A program made the position numbers and the translations under genes. The notes beneath the pieces are model-generated. The model searched no databases and was not told the origin of the DNA. It saw nothing but the letters and a program-made list of their open reading frames with translations. From an uncultured delta proteobacterium (lineage in GTDB: Bacteria; Myxococcota_A; Polyangia; Polyangiales; Polyangiaceae): a stretch of 64,000 nucleotides of DNA. The stretch is from contig CAWJCS010000003.1 of the NCBI GenBank assembly GCA_963841435.1, positions 1,312,001 to 1,376,000 on the forward strand. Reading direction: 5' to 3'. This document shows positions 15,844-26,600 of this stretch, piece by piece (position 1 is the first letter of the stretch; each line of letters starts with the position of its first letter).

Positions 15844-17907
15844 GTGCAGCGAGCGATCGAGGTGCCCGAAAGCCTCGCGAGCGTCGGTCCGGCGCTCGCC
15901 CGCGCACTTCGTCGCCATGGGTTGCGCCTCGCCGTGACGGGCACTCTCGCCGTCGTCGCGACGCGCGCCATCCTGCACGCGACCGGTGGCGAACCGGCAG
16001 TGCCGCTCGACGATGCCTTCATCCACTTTCAGTACGCGCGCTCGTTCTGGGAGGGACACGGGCTCGCCTACGCGCCGGGCGGAGCGCCGGTCCCGGGCGC
16101 AACCAGCCTACTCTGGCCGTTCCTCTTGTCCGTGCCGTACGGGCTCGGCCTGCGTGGCACGTCAATCATCTGGGCCGCGTGGGCGTTCGGATGGGTGTCG
16201 CTCGGGCTTCTCGGCTACGAGACTCGACGCGTCGCCGAGCGGCTCGTGAGCGCCGACGGCGCGCTCGCGGCCGAGCTCATGGTGCTCTGCTTCGGTGGCC
16301 ACGTCTGGTTCGCCGCGAGCGGCATGGAGGTCGTGCCGCTGGCCTTTCTGCTCATGCGCACCGCAAGGCGCGCCGCCGAGCTCGCCGAGGCCCCCGAGCG
16401 TCGCGCGCCACCGTGGGAACTGCTCGCCCTCGCGACACTCGGACCGCTCTTGCGCCCGGAAGGCGCCCTCGCCGCGCTCATGGTCGCTGGCACGCTCGGG
16501 GTGCGCGCTCGCGGGCGAAAGAAGGCCTGGGCACTCGTCGCCCTCGCCGCGCTCCTGCTGCCGGGCCTCGTGAACTGGCTTTTGTCCGGCTCGGCGACGA
16601 CCACGACGGCGGCCGTGAAGTGGCTCTTGCTCAGCCCGTACCTCGAGGGTCGCGAGCTGTTCGCGGCGGTGCTCGACAATGTCAGGCTCCTTTTTCGCAC
16701 GTTGCTCGACGGTGAGGTGTGGAGCGCGGTGTTCTTGCCCAAGGGCTCGGCGGTCGTGCTCTGGCCTGCGGTGCCTGCGCTGATCATCGCGGGCGTTCGG
16801 CGCGGAGCGCGCGCGCGAGCGCTGCTCGTCGCGGTCGTGGCGCTCGGGATGCTCATGCCGACGACGTACGACAGCTTCCTCTGGAACCGGCTGCGCTACC
16901 TCTGGCCGTTCACCGCGGCCTGGTTCGTCGGTGTCGCCGCACTCGGCGATGCGGTCGGCGCGCTCGCTGCGCGGCTCGACCCGTCCCTCGCGAGGTTCCG
17001 CCTGCTCGCGTCGGGCGTCGTGATTGGCTGCTTGCTCAGCCACCTCGGCTGGACGATCGACGATCTGTCGACGAGCGCGAACGCGATTCGGTCGCAGCAA
17101 GTCGCGCTGGGGCGCTGGGCCCGGGACAACCTCCCCGACGACGCGGTGATCGGCGTGAACGACACGGGGGCGATTGCGTATCTCTCGGGGCACCGCACGT
17201 TCGACGTCGTCGGGCTCACGACGCGCGGCGAGGCCCGCTACTGGGTCGCGGGCGCCGGCTCTCGTTTCGAACACTACGAGCGGCTCGGAGCAGCGCACCT
17301 GCCGACTCACTTCTTCGTGTACGAAGGTTGGTTCGGGCTCCGCCCGCTGCTCGGCGAGCTCCTGACCCAGCGCACCGTTCCGGGCGCGACGATCCTCGGC
17401 GGCGAAACCATGGTCGCGCGGCGCGCGAGCTACGCGGCGCTCGGCAGCGGCGCGCGGCCGAGCGATGCGGCGTTCTCCGGCTGTCCTCTCGTCGACGAGC
17501 TCGACGTTTCGGACCTCGAGAGCGAGGCCGCCCACGACTACGCCCTCTTCGACGCCGTGGCCGCCGAGAACGTCGCGCTCGAGGAGAACGGCCGCGTGGA
17601 CGGGGCACGCGAGGAGCGCACGCTCGAGCAGTTCGTGCTCCGACACGCGCCGGGGGGGCGATGGGTCGCGCGCATCGCGCTCGACGAGGCGCGAACCGTC
17701 GAGGTCCGCGCGGCGGGGCACGTGGTGTTTCGCGCGGAGGTCCAGCCGGACGCCTGGCGCGAGCTCGTCGTCCCCGTCCCTTCCGGTCTCCCGGCTGGCG
17801 CGGTCGGGCTCACGCTCGAGGCGGGCGGCGCGCCCTTCACGGCGCTCCACTACTGGTCGTTCGGCGCGTGCGGCCACGGGCACCCCGAGCGAGCTCTGGC
17901 TGAGTAG
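15844..17907 (+). CDS. Polytopic membrane protein, GT-C-type glycosyltransferase-like
   Basis: PLDDAFIHFQYARSF after the first TM, SGME, LRPEG, RYLWP and DTGAIAY...DVVGL motifs; many TM segments. Confidence 0.7.
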   Translation: MQRAIEVPESLASVGPALARALRRHGLRLAVTGTLAVVATRAILHATGGEPAVPLDDAFIHFQYARSFWEGHGLAYAPGGAPVPGATSLLWPFLLSVPYGLGLRGTSIIWAAWAFGWVSLGLLGYETRRVAERLVSADGALAAELMVLCFGGHVWFAASGMEVVPLAFLLMRTARRAAELAEAPERRAPPWELLALATLGPLLRPEGALAALMVAGTLGVRARGRKKAWALVALAALLLPGLVNWLLSGSATTTTAAVKWLLLSPYLEGRELFAAVLDNVRLLFRTLLDGEVWSAVFLPKGSAVVLWPAVPALIIAGVRRGARARALLVAVVALGMLMPTTYDSFLWNRLRYLWPFTAAWFVGVAALGDAVGALAARLDPSLARFRLLASGVVIGCLLSHLGWTIDDLSTSANAIRSQQVALGRWARDNLPDDAVIGVNDTGAIAYLSGHRTFDVVGLTTRGEARYWVAGAGSRFEHYERLGAAHLPTHFFVYEGWFGLRPLLGELLTQRTVPGATILGGETMVARRASYAALGSGARPSDAAFSGCPLVDELDVSDLESEAAHDYALFDAVAAENVALEENGRVDGAREERTLEQFVLRHAPGGRWVARIALDEARTVEVRAAGHVVFRAEVQPDAWRELVVPVPSGLPAGAVGLTLEAGGAPFTALHYWSFGACGHGHPERALAE

Positions 17908-17949
17908 CGCGAGGGTCTCGGGAGGGTTCGGCGTGGTATATCGTTCTGG

Positions 17950-18891
17950 ATGCGCCAGCGCGATCTCGGCAACACGGGCCTCAAGGTGAGCGAGCTCTCG
18001 CTCGGGACCTGGGGCCTCAGCGGCGACGGATACGGCACGGTCGCCGAGAGCGATCAGGATGCCGTCATCGAGCGCGCGCTCGCCACGGGCATCACGCTGT
18101 TCGAAACCGCCGACAGCTACGCCGAGGGGAAGATGGAGGCGCGGCTCGGCCAACGCTTGCCGAAAGAGGGCGTCTTGGTCGCCACCAAGCTCGGCACCGA
18201 GGGCGAGGGCGGCTCGCGCCGCAAGGATTTCGGCGCCGAGCACCTGAAAGCGTCGGCTGAGCGCTCTCGCGAGCGGCTCGCGCGCGAAGCGATCGACATC
18301 GTGCTGCTCCACAACCCCTCGCCACGGACGGTGGCGCGGGGTGAGGCCACGGGCGCACTCGCCGAGCTCGTTTCGAGCGGCGTCGCGCGAGCATGGGGCG
18401 TGAGCGCAGGGTCAGTCGAGGTGGCGGCCGCCGCCGTCACGGCGGGCGCGCCGGTCATCGAGGTGCCGTACAACGCGTACCACCCGCGCGTGCTCGACCG
18501 CATCGCCGCTGACGTCACCGAGAAGAAGGTCGGCATCCTTGGGCACTCGGTGCTGGCGTACGGGCTGCTTTGCGGCGCCTGGCCCATGACGAAGGAATTT
18601 CCCCCCGCCGATCACCGGAGCGAACGCTGGACGACCGACGAGCTCAAGCGGCGCATCATGCAGCTCAACGCCATGCGGCCGAGCGTCACGGGGAGCGCGT
18701 CGAGCCTGCGCGCCGTCGCCCTGCGCTACGTGCTCTCGAACAAGCTCGTTTCGAGCGCCGTGCTCGGGCCGCGCAAAGTGGCACAGCTCGACCAGCTGGT
18801 GCGTGACGCCGGCAAGGAGCGCCGCTACCTGCCGGAGGGCGGTCGCGAGGCGCTCGAGAACCGCTTGCGCAACCTCGGGGTCCGCCCGTGA
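17950..18891 (+). CDS. Aldo/keto reductase
   Basis: LGNTGLKVSELSLGTW, FETADSY, ATKLG, IDIVLLHNP. Confidence 0.92.
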   Translation: MRQRDLGNTGLKVSELSLGTWGLSGDGYGTVAESDQDAVIERALATGITLFETADSYAEGKMEARLGQRLPKEGVLVATKLGTEGEGGSRRKDFGAEHLKASAERSRERLAREAIDIVLLHNPSPRTVARGEATGALAELVSSGVARAWGVSAGSVEVAAAAVTAGAPVIEVPYNAYHPRVLDRIAADVTEKKVGILGHSVLAYGLLCGAWPMTKEFPPADHRSERWTTDELKRRIMQLNAMRPSVTGSASSLRAVALRYVLSNKLVSSAVLGPRKVAQLDQLVRDAGKERRYLPEGGREALENRLRNLGVRP

Positions 18892-19712
18892 AAGGGGCCA
18901 TACTCGACGCACTCGTCGCGATTGCGGCCGAGGCCGCACGCGTCGTGAAGGCCATCTACGCGACGCCGTTCGAGGTCGAGTACAAGGGGCCGGCCGACCC
19001 GGTGACGCTCGCCGACCGGCAAGCGAACGACCTCATCTGCGAACGCCTCCAACGGGATTTTCCTGGAATCCCGATCGTGGCCGAGGAGAGCCCCGTCGAG
19101 TCCTTCGCGGGATTCCGCGATTCACGCGAGATTTTCTTCGTCGACCCCGTGGACGGCACCAACGAGTTCATCGAACGGCGCCCCGAGTTCGTCGTGATGA
19201 TCGGGCTCGTCCAGGGCGACAGGCCGACGCATGCGGTGATCCACGCGCCCGTCTTCGACGAGGCCTGGGCCGGGGCCGTCGGCGACGGCGCGTTTCGGAT
19301 CGGGTCGGATGGAGCCAGGTCGCCCATTCGAGTCAGCGAAGTGACGACGCTCGCCGAGGCGAGGCTGGTCTCGTCGCGCTCCCACCGCAGCGAACGCCTG
19401 GAACGGTTGATCGCGGCGCTCGGCGTGAAGGGCACCGTGCCGCTCGGCAGCGCCGGCCTCAAGGGCGTGGAGGTGGCGCGAGGAGGTGCGGAGGCCTACG
19501 TCGCGCCGTTTCACGCCGGCAAGCGCTGGGACGTCTGTGCGGCCGAAGCAATCGTCAACGCGGCCGGGGGTCGCGTGACCGATGCCTCGGGTACGTTGCT
19601 CGACTATCGCGGTGCGAGCCTCTCGAACGACCTCGGCGTGGTCGCATCGAACGGCCACGTGCACGACCAGCTCGTCGCGCGACTCCACCAGATCCGCGCC
19701 TCCGGCGCGTGA
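18888..19712 (+). CDS. cysQ: 3'(2'),5'-bisphosphate nucleotidase CysQ / inositol monophosphatase family
   Basis: PVTLADR, IVAEE, VDPVDGTNEF, SRSH, WDVCAAEAI. Confidence 0.85.
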   Translation: MKGAILDALVAIAAEAARVVKAIYATPFEVEYKGPADPVTLADRQANDLICERLQRDFPGIPIVAEESPVESFAGFRDSREIFFVDPVDGTNEFIERRPEFVVMIGLVQGDRPTHAVIHAPVFDEAWAGAVGDGAFRIGSDGARSPIRVSEVTTLAEARLVSSRSHRSERLERLIAALGVKGTVPLGSAGLKGVEVARGGAEAYVAPFHAGKRWDVCAAEAIVNAAGGRVTDASGTLLDYRGASLSNDLGVVASNGHVHDQLVARLHQIRASGA

Positions 19713-19797
19713 GCTCGCGACCGACTCACCCTTGCCTACATTCACCTACCCCCGCTGCCGTGTGTCGATGAACGGCGCGTGATCGCGACGGTCCCGT

Positions 19798-19827
19798 TTG
19801 ACAGGCCACGGACGAGCGGCCTACCGT
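19798..19827 (+). promoter_or_regulatory. Candidate sigma70 promoter upstream of the HEAT lipoprotein
   Basis: TTGACA-N18-TACCGT, ~57 bp before ATG 19884. Confidence 0.4.
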
Positions 19828-19883
19828 CAGGGCCACAAAAAGCTAGGGCTTTTTTGGGGTCCCCGACCAGGAGAAACGCTCCC

Positions 19884-21644
19884 ATGCGAACGTCACGCGC
19901 CACCCTGTCTCTCGTCCGCTCCCTCTTGCTCGGCTCGAGCCTGACCACGGCGGTGCTCGTCACCCCCGTGCTCGTCGGCTGCAAAGACGAGAGCCAACCG
20001 GAGTACTGGGTCGACAAGCTCGACGACGCCACGTGGCGCGCCCGCGCCGTGACCCGCCTGGCGCAGTTCTTCGAGGACACGCTCACCCGCAAGAACAACG
20101 ACCTGAAGGCTCCCGAGGTGCAGGAGCTCATCAACAAGACGATCGAGCCGCTCACCAAGCTCTACACCGAGCAGTACGACAACATCGACTCGAAGACGCG
20201 CGTTGCGCTCATCAAGCTGCTCGCCGACTACCGTGACAAGCGCACGGAGCCCGCGCTCAAGAAGGCTTTCGAAGCGTTCGCAAAGCTCCCGAAAACCAGC
20301 CGAGACGAAACCGACATCAAATGGGCGGCTCGGGCCAACGAGGACCTCAAGCTCGAAGGCCTGGCGATGCCCATGCTCGAGGCGTTCATGAAGCTCCGCA
20401 CGAGCACGATGCTGGGCGGCGTCGCGTACCGCGACATGACCGAAGCCATGATCGCCCAGCCTCCCAACAAGGCGTGGGTCGGCCCGCTCATCAAGATGAT
20501 CGAGGTCCAGGTAACGCCGCCGAACGACAAGGACAAAACGTCGTTCGACGAATGGAAGGACCAGATCGTCTGGCAGGACACCGCCTCCAAGGTGCTCGGC
20601 AAGATCGGTGACGCGAGGGCAGTCGAACCGCTCATTCGCGCAATGCTCGACCCGACCAAGGGCATGAAGGAGTTTACGACCGTGCAGATCACGAGCGTGC
20701 TCGCGCTCGTGAAGATCGGAAAGCCCGCCGCCGATGCAGCCGGCAAGCTTCTGAAGAGCGACTACGAGAAGCTCCAGACCTTCCAACTCAGGCGCATCCG
20801 CGAGGTCACCGGGTCCGACGAGAAGGGTCGGCCGTGGGTGCAGACCGCCGCCATCATTCTCGGCACCATCGGTCGCCAGGACTCGATCCCGACGATGCTC
20901 GAGGCGCTCAAGGACGAGAAGGACGACTCGACGAAGGCCATCATCGCGCGCGAGCTCACGAAGATCCCGGCGACGCCCGCTTCGCTTGCGGGCTTCAAGG
21001 AAGCCTTCGAATCGCTGCCACTCAGCGCCGAGGTCCAAGGCGCCGGTGCGGTCGAAGCCCTCAGCGAGGCGGCGGGTCGCTTCGCCGACGCCGAGCTCGT
21101 ACCCTGGCTGCTCGAGGCGGCCGGCAAGCTGAAGGGTGACGCGGACGACCGTAAGGCCGCGCAGGCCGCCATCACGGTGACAGCGCTGAAGCTCTGCACG
21201 CCGGACCAGCTCGCCGACGTGCGTGGCGCCGTGAGCCGCTACGGCACGGATCTCGAAAAGGAGCTCTTGAAGAGCGTCGAGACGGTGCTCGGAGCCTGCA
21301 AGGTGGACGTGAGCTGTTACCTCGGAGTGATGCAGAAGCCCGAGGTGCAGAAGGTCGAAAATCAATTCCAGGGCATCAAGGCGGGCTACATGATCGCGGA
21401 GCTCGGCGACGAGCAGGCACGCGACAAGCTCGTCGTGGCCCTCGAGGGCAACATTCCGAACGCGGGCCTGCGCTACGTCGCGTCGCAGGCCATCGACCGG
21501 CTCTCGCCCAAGGGCTCGAAGTCCGCTGCCGAGAAGCTCGACGCGATCATCACCACCAACGCGAAGAGCCCCGACCGCGACAAGGCGGCCGGCGACTCGA
21601 GCCTGAAGGAAGTGATGTACCGGCTGAACGCGCGCGGCGGCTGA
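19884..21644 (+). CDS. HEAT/ARM-repeat lipoprotein
   Basis: Signal ending LVGC; HEAT-like repeats (LGKIGDARAVEPLIRAM, LGTIGRQDSIPTMLEAL). Confidence 0.8.
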   Translation: MRTSRATLSLVRSLLLGSSLTTAVLVTPVLVGCKDESQPEYWVDKLDDATWRARAVTRLAQFFEDTLTRKNNDLKAPEVQELINKTIEPLTKLYTEQYDNIDSKTRVALIKLLADYRDKRTEPALKKAFEAFAKLPKTSRDETDIKWAARANEDLKLEGLAMPMLEAFMKLRTSTMLGGVAYRDMTEAMIAQPPNKAWVGPLIKMIEVQVTPPNDKDKTSFDEWKDQIVWQDTASKVLGKIGDARAVEPLIRAMLDPTKGMKEFTTVQITSVLALVKIGKPAADAAGKLLKSDYEKLQTFQLRRIREVTGSDEKGRPWVQTAAIILGTIGRQDSIPTMLEALKDEKDDSTKAIIARELTKIPATPASLAGFKEAFESLPLSAEVQGAGAVEALSEAAGRFADAELVPWLLEAAGKLKGDADDRKAAQAAITVTALKLCTPDQLADVRGAVSRYGTDLEKELLKSVETVLGACKVDVSCYLGVMQKPEVQKVENQFQGIKAGYMIAELGDEQARDKLVVALEGNIPNAGLRYVASQAIDRLSPKGSKSAAEKLDAIITTNAKSPDRDKAAGDSSLKEVMYRLNARGG

Positions 21645-21655
21645 GACCCGCCCTG

Positions 21656-23587
21656 ATGGCGCGCATCGCGATCGAGATCCTGTCGGGCAACGAGGCGGGA
21701 CGGGTCGCGGAGCTCGACGCCGACTCCGTGCGCATCGGCCGCGGTGGGCAGGACGACTTCGTCCTCACCGACGAGCTCGTCTCGACCGGGCACGCCCGCA
21801 TCGTCGCGGGCGTCGAGGGCTTTCTCGTCGAGGATCTCGAGAGCGACGGGGGCACGACGCTCGAGCGCGATGGCACCACGAGCGCCGTAGTCGGGCTCGT
21901 GCCGCTCCACTCGGGTGACGTCCTATCGCTCGGCACCGACCCCGCGCGGGCGGTTCGGCTGAGGGTGCGGTTCGAGCCCGAGCCCGAGCCCGAGCAGATC
22001 GTCGAGCTCAGACCGCTCGGCGAGCTCGGGAGGCAGCTCGGGGCGCCCGACGAAGCCGCGGATCGCCTGCGGGCGCTGCTCTCGGCCCAGCGCGCGCTCG
22101 GAGCGAGCCTTGGGCTCGACAGCGTGGTCACCGTGCTAGCCGACGCGGCGCTCGAGCTCGTGCCACGCGCCACGCACGCCACGGTGTCGCTCTGCGAGAA
22201 CCCGAACGCCGGACGCGACGCGCCGCTCGTGACGGTCGTCACGCGCCTCCGCGGCGCGGACGGCAAGCCCACGGCGCCTTCCGGCACCGTTCCCGCGACG
22301 CGCAGCGTGGCGCGCAAGGTCGTACGCGAGCGCGCCGCCGTGCTGGCTGCCGATGCTCCGAGCGAGTCGTTCAGCTCGGAGTCGCTCCTCGGGGCCAGCA
22401 TCCGCAGCACTATCGGCGTGCCACTCTGGAAGGGCAACGAGATCCTCGGTGTGCTGCAGGTCGACAACCGCGCCGCCCCGGCCATGTTCGCCGCGCGCGA
22501 CGTCGATGCGCTCGGCGTGCTTGCGGCCGACGCCTCGCTCGCCGTCGCGAATGCGCGCCTCATTGCGCGGCTCGAGCTCGCCGAGCAGCGCCTCCAGGGC
22601 GAAAATCAGTTCCTGAAGGGCCGCGAACGGGCGCGTGCAGGTCGGGCGCGACTCGTGGGCGAGAGCAAGGCGATGAGCGAGCTGTTGCGACAGCTCGACA
22701 AGGTGGCGGACACGAAGGTCACGGTGCTCATCGAGGGTGAGACGGGCAGCGGCAAAGAGCTCGTGGCGTCCGCGCTCCACGAGCGCTCGCGACGCCGCGA
22801 CAAGCTCTTCGTGGCCCAAAACTGCGCGGCTTTCCCCGAGCAGCTACTCGAGAGCGAGCTTTTCGGCCACAAGCGCGGAGCCTTCACGGGTGCCGGCGAA
22901 GACCGTAAAGGCCTCTTCGAAGTGGCCGACGGCGGCACGCTGTTCCTCGACGAGATTGGCGAGATGCCGCTCGGCTTGCAGGCAAAGCTGCTTCGAGTGC
23001 TGCAGGAAGGCGAAATCCGACCGCTCGGCTCGAATCAGGTCAGGCAGGTCAACGTGCGCATCGTGACGGCGACCAATCGCACGCTCGAAGACGAGGTTGC
23101 CGCGGGGCGCTTCCGTCAGGACCTCTTTTATCGCCTGAAGGTATTCCCGATCCGCGTGCCTTCGCTACGCGAGCGCCGCGAGGACATTCCCACCCTCGCT
23201 GCGCACTTTCTCGGGCGCTACTCGAAGGAGATCGGCAAGTCGGTCGCTGGGTTTTCGGCGGAAACGCTCACGCTACTCAAGAGCTACGGCTGGCCGGGCA
23301 ACGTGCGCGAGCTCGAGAACGAGGTGCAGCGTCTGGTGATCCAGGTCGAGCCCGGAGCGTTCGTCACGCCCGATTTGTTGAGCCCGGCGGTCGCGGGCGG
23401 CACGCTGGCTCAGCCCGCGGTGGCGAGCGCGAGCGGCACGCTCAGGGATCGCGTGGACCAGGTCGAGCGTGTGATCGTGCTCGAGGTGCTAAAGGAGCAC
23501 GGCAACAACAAGACGAGCGCCGCGCGCGCGCTCGGCATCACGCGCGAAGGCTTGCACAAGAAGATGAAGCTACTCGGGATCGCCTGA
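21656..23587 (+). CDS. Sigma54 enhancer-binding protein, FHA-GAF-AAA+-Fis HTH
   Basis: FHA (IGRG...VSTGHARI...EDLES), GAF (GVPLW...GVLQVDN), GETGSGKE, GAFTGA, WPGNVRELEN, C-terminal HTH. Confidence 0.93.
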   Translation: MARIAIEILSGNEAGRVAELDADSVRIGRGGQDDFVLTDELVSTGHARIVAGVEGFLVEDLESDGGTTLERDGTTSAVVGLVPLHSGDVLSLGTDPARAVRLRVRFEPEPEPEQIVELRPLGELGRQLGAPDEAADRLRALLSAQRALGASLGLDSVVTVLADAALELVPRATHATVSLCENPNAGRDAPLVTVVTRLRGADGKPTAPSGTVPATRSVARKVVRERAAVLAADAPSESFSSESLLGASIRSTIGVPLWKGNEILGVLQVDNRAAPAMFAARDVDALGVLAADASLAVANARLIARLELAEQRLQGENQFLKGRERARAGRARLVGESKAMSELLRQLDKVADTKVTVLIEGETGSGKELVASALHERSRRRDKLFVAQNCAAFPEQLLESELFGHKRGAFTGAGEDRKGLFEVADGGTLFLDEIGEMPLGLQAKLLRVLQEGEIRPLGSNQVRQVNVRIVTATNRTLEDEVAAGRFRQDLFYRLKVFPIRVPSLRERREDIPTLAAHFLGRYSKEIGKSVAGFSAETLTLLKSYGWPGNVRELENEVQRLVIQVEPGAFVTPDLLSPAVAGGTLAQPAVASASGTLRDRVDQVERVIVLEVLKEHGNNKTSAARALGITREGLHKKMKLLGIA

Positions 23588-23608
23588 GCCGCGGCGTCCG
23601 CGGCGTTG

Positions 23609-26600
23609 CTATTGGATGCCGTACTCGCGCAGGCGACGATAAAACGTGCGCCGCGGAATGCCGCTCACCTCGGCGGCGCGCACGCGATTCCAGTTGCAGC
23701 GCTTCAGGGCGTCGAGGATGCGCTCGCGCTCCTCGCGGCGGTGCTCCGACACGGTCCCCTTGCGCGCTTGAGCGGCCCCAGGCTCGGGCTTCTGGCCGGC
23801 GTTCCCGGCCACCGGAGCGACCGGCTCCGAGCGCGACACCCAGCCGTCGGGCAGCTCGAGCTCGTCGGCTAGCAGCTCCGGCTCCTCGCTCATGACCCAC
23901 GCGTTGAGAAGCACGTTCTCGAGCTGCCGCACGTTGCCGGGCCAGTCGTATTCGCCGAGGCGGCGCATGGCGTCGCGCGACAGCGCCTTCTTGTCGCGCC
24001 GGTAGCGCGCCGCGAAAATCCCCAGAAAGTGATCGACGAGCTGGGGGATGTCCTCGAGGCGCTCGCGCAGCGAGGGCAGCCGCACCTCGACGACGTGGAT
24101 GCGATAGTAGAGGTCCTCGCGAAAGCTGCCGCTCTGGACGAGCTCGTTCAGATCGCGATTCGTGGCGAAGATCACGCGCGTGTCCACCGGCTCCTCGCGC
24201 GTGCCGCCGACGGATCGAACCGTGCGCTCCTGCAGCACGCGGAGCAGCCCCGCCTGCATCTTCTTGGGCGTCTCGCCGATCTCGTCGAGCAGAATCGTGC
24301 CGCCCTCGCACTCGCGGAACAGGCCCTTGCGCTCGCGGTCTGCTCCCGTGAAAGCGCCGCGCACGTGCCCGAAGAGCTCGCTCTCGAGCAGATTTTCCGG
24401 GATGGCGCCGCAGTTGACGCCGAGAAACTTCGCCGCGGCGCGGGGGGACGAGGTGTGGATGGCGCGTGCCACCATTTCCTTGCCGGTGCCGCTCTCACCC
24501 GTGATGAGAACGGGCACGTCGGTCTCCTTGAGACGGTCGATGAGGGCGTACACGCGACGCATCGCCGCGCTCGTGCCGACGAGACCCCGATAGCCGAAGT
24601 GCCCGTAGAGCGTGTCCCGGGCGTCGCGCAGGCGACGTCGCGTGCGGCGCAGCTGCTCGGTCCGATCGCCGAGCGTCTCCTCGAGCCTTTGCCGCGCCTC
24701 TTCGAGGCTCGCGTTTGCAACCTCGAGTGCCTCGGCTCGCTCGCGGTTCTCGCGAATCAGCCGCGCGTTCTCCAGCGCAATCGCGACTTGATCGGCGAAG
24801 GCGCGCAGCGTCCCGAGCTCGCGCTCGAAATGCGAGCCACGGCGCAGACGTGTCTCGACGTACAGGGCGCCGATGGCACCGCCCGAAGGGGCCAGGATGG
24901 GGACGCACGCCACCGACTCCAGCATCATCTGGTGCACGGATGCGTAGGCGCCCACCTGCGCATCGTCGCGGGCGTTCACGGCCACGACCGCCTCGCGCGT
25001 CTCGATCACGCGATGCGCGATGGAGCGGGAAAATTCGGCATGCGCTTCGTCGCCCCGGCGCGTACGCGAGGTGTGCACCGTGAGCGAGCCGTCGGGCTGG
25101 CTGAGCAGCACGAAGCCCCGCTCCGCGCGCGCGAGGTCGACGGCGTGATCGGTGACGCGCGCCGTCAGTTTCTCCAGGTCGAGCTCGCCCACGAGGTCGC
25201 TATTCACCTCGAGGATGCGCGCCAGGCGCTGCTCGAGCGGCGTCACGAGCTGAGACACCGTGCCGAGCCCCGTCAAGGTCGTCGCCGAGCGTACGGTCTG
25301 CACGGGAGCGCGCGTTCCTGGCCCGCTCCACGACACGAGCTCGGTCGCTGCCACGGCGGCCGCTCCCGGCACCTCGGCGCGGAGCTTCTTGCGTCTCGGG
25401 TCGTTCCAGTACACCTCGCGCAAATCGCGGGGCAGCCGAGCGCCAATCCCCTCGAGCACGGCGAGCGCCTCCTCGCGGTCGCGGCGCGCGAGCAGCGGTT
25501 GTCCGCCGAGCTCCTCGAGCTCGGCGCGCGCCTCGAGCGCCCGCCAGATCCAGTCCTTTTGCCCTGCCTCGCGGGCCGCGGCGATGGCGGCGTCGAAGCC
25601 CTCGCGCGCTCCCACCTCGTCGCCTGCGAGGTCGGCGACACGAGCGGTCGCGAGCAGGAAGAGCGGCTTGTGCGCGGGCGCCTCGCCGAGCGCCGCGCGC
25701 GCCTTGGTGAGCCGCTTTCGCTGTGCCGCGAGGTCCGGCGAGCCGCTGCGGGCCGACGCGAGCAGCGCTTCGAAGCGCGCCTCGGCGGCATCGACGCCGT
25801 GACCGATGCTCTCGAACGCGTCCGCGCACTGGTCGAACAGCTCGGCCGCCCTGCCGAGCTGACCCTGCTGCGCGAGGAGCTCCGCCTGCCGGCCGAGCAG
25901 CTGGGGCTTCATCATGGCGGGCAGCTCGTGCTTCTGCTCCTCGAGCGCTTCGATGCTCGCACGCGCCCGTGCGAGTCGTCCGAGGTAAAGGTCCGTGTTG
26001 GCGAGATTGAGAAGGGCTTGGCGCACCGTGGCGCGCCGGCCCGAGCGACGCCCCATGTCGACGGCGGCCGCGTACGAATCGATCGCTCCGGCCATGTCGC
26101 CCTGGATTTTGAGCAAGCCGGCGAGATTGAGCTGCACCGCTGCGAGCGTTCCGGCATCCCCCGCGCGCTCTGCGGCCTCGATGGCGCGCTGGTACGCCGC
26201 GCGCGCCGGGTCGCCCTGATCGGCGCGCTGCAGCGAAAGGCCGAGGCAGGCGAGCACGAGTGCCTCGACCCTGGGCGACCGTAGGCGCTCGGCAAGCAGA
26301 AGGGAGTGCTCGAGACGCGCGCGGGCCTCGTCGTGCCTCCCGAGCAGCGACAACGCGAGCCCGACGTAGGCTGCCGCTTCGGCGCCCACGAGGTCGTCGG
26401 CGCCGGCGAGGGGCTCGAGCAGCGCGAGTGCCTCCGGGTAGCTGCCGGTGCCCACTTGCGCGCGGCCGAGGTAGAGCGCGTGCCGGCGCCGGTCGTCCTC
26501 GCTCGAGGACTCGAGGGCCGCAGCCACCCGCTCGAGCTCCGCCCGAGCGTGCGCGGCCTCGCCCCAGCCGAGCTCGAGGCGTGCCCGTGCGATGCCGACG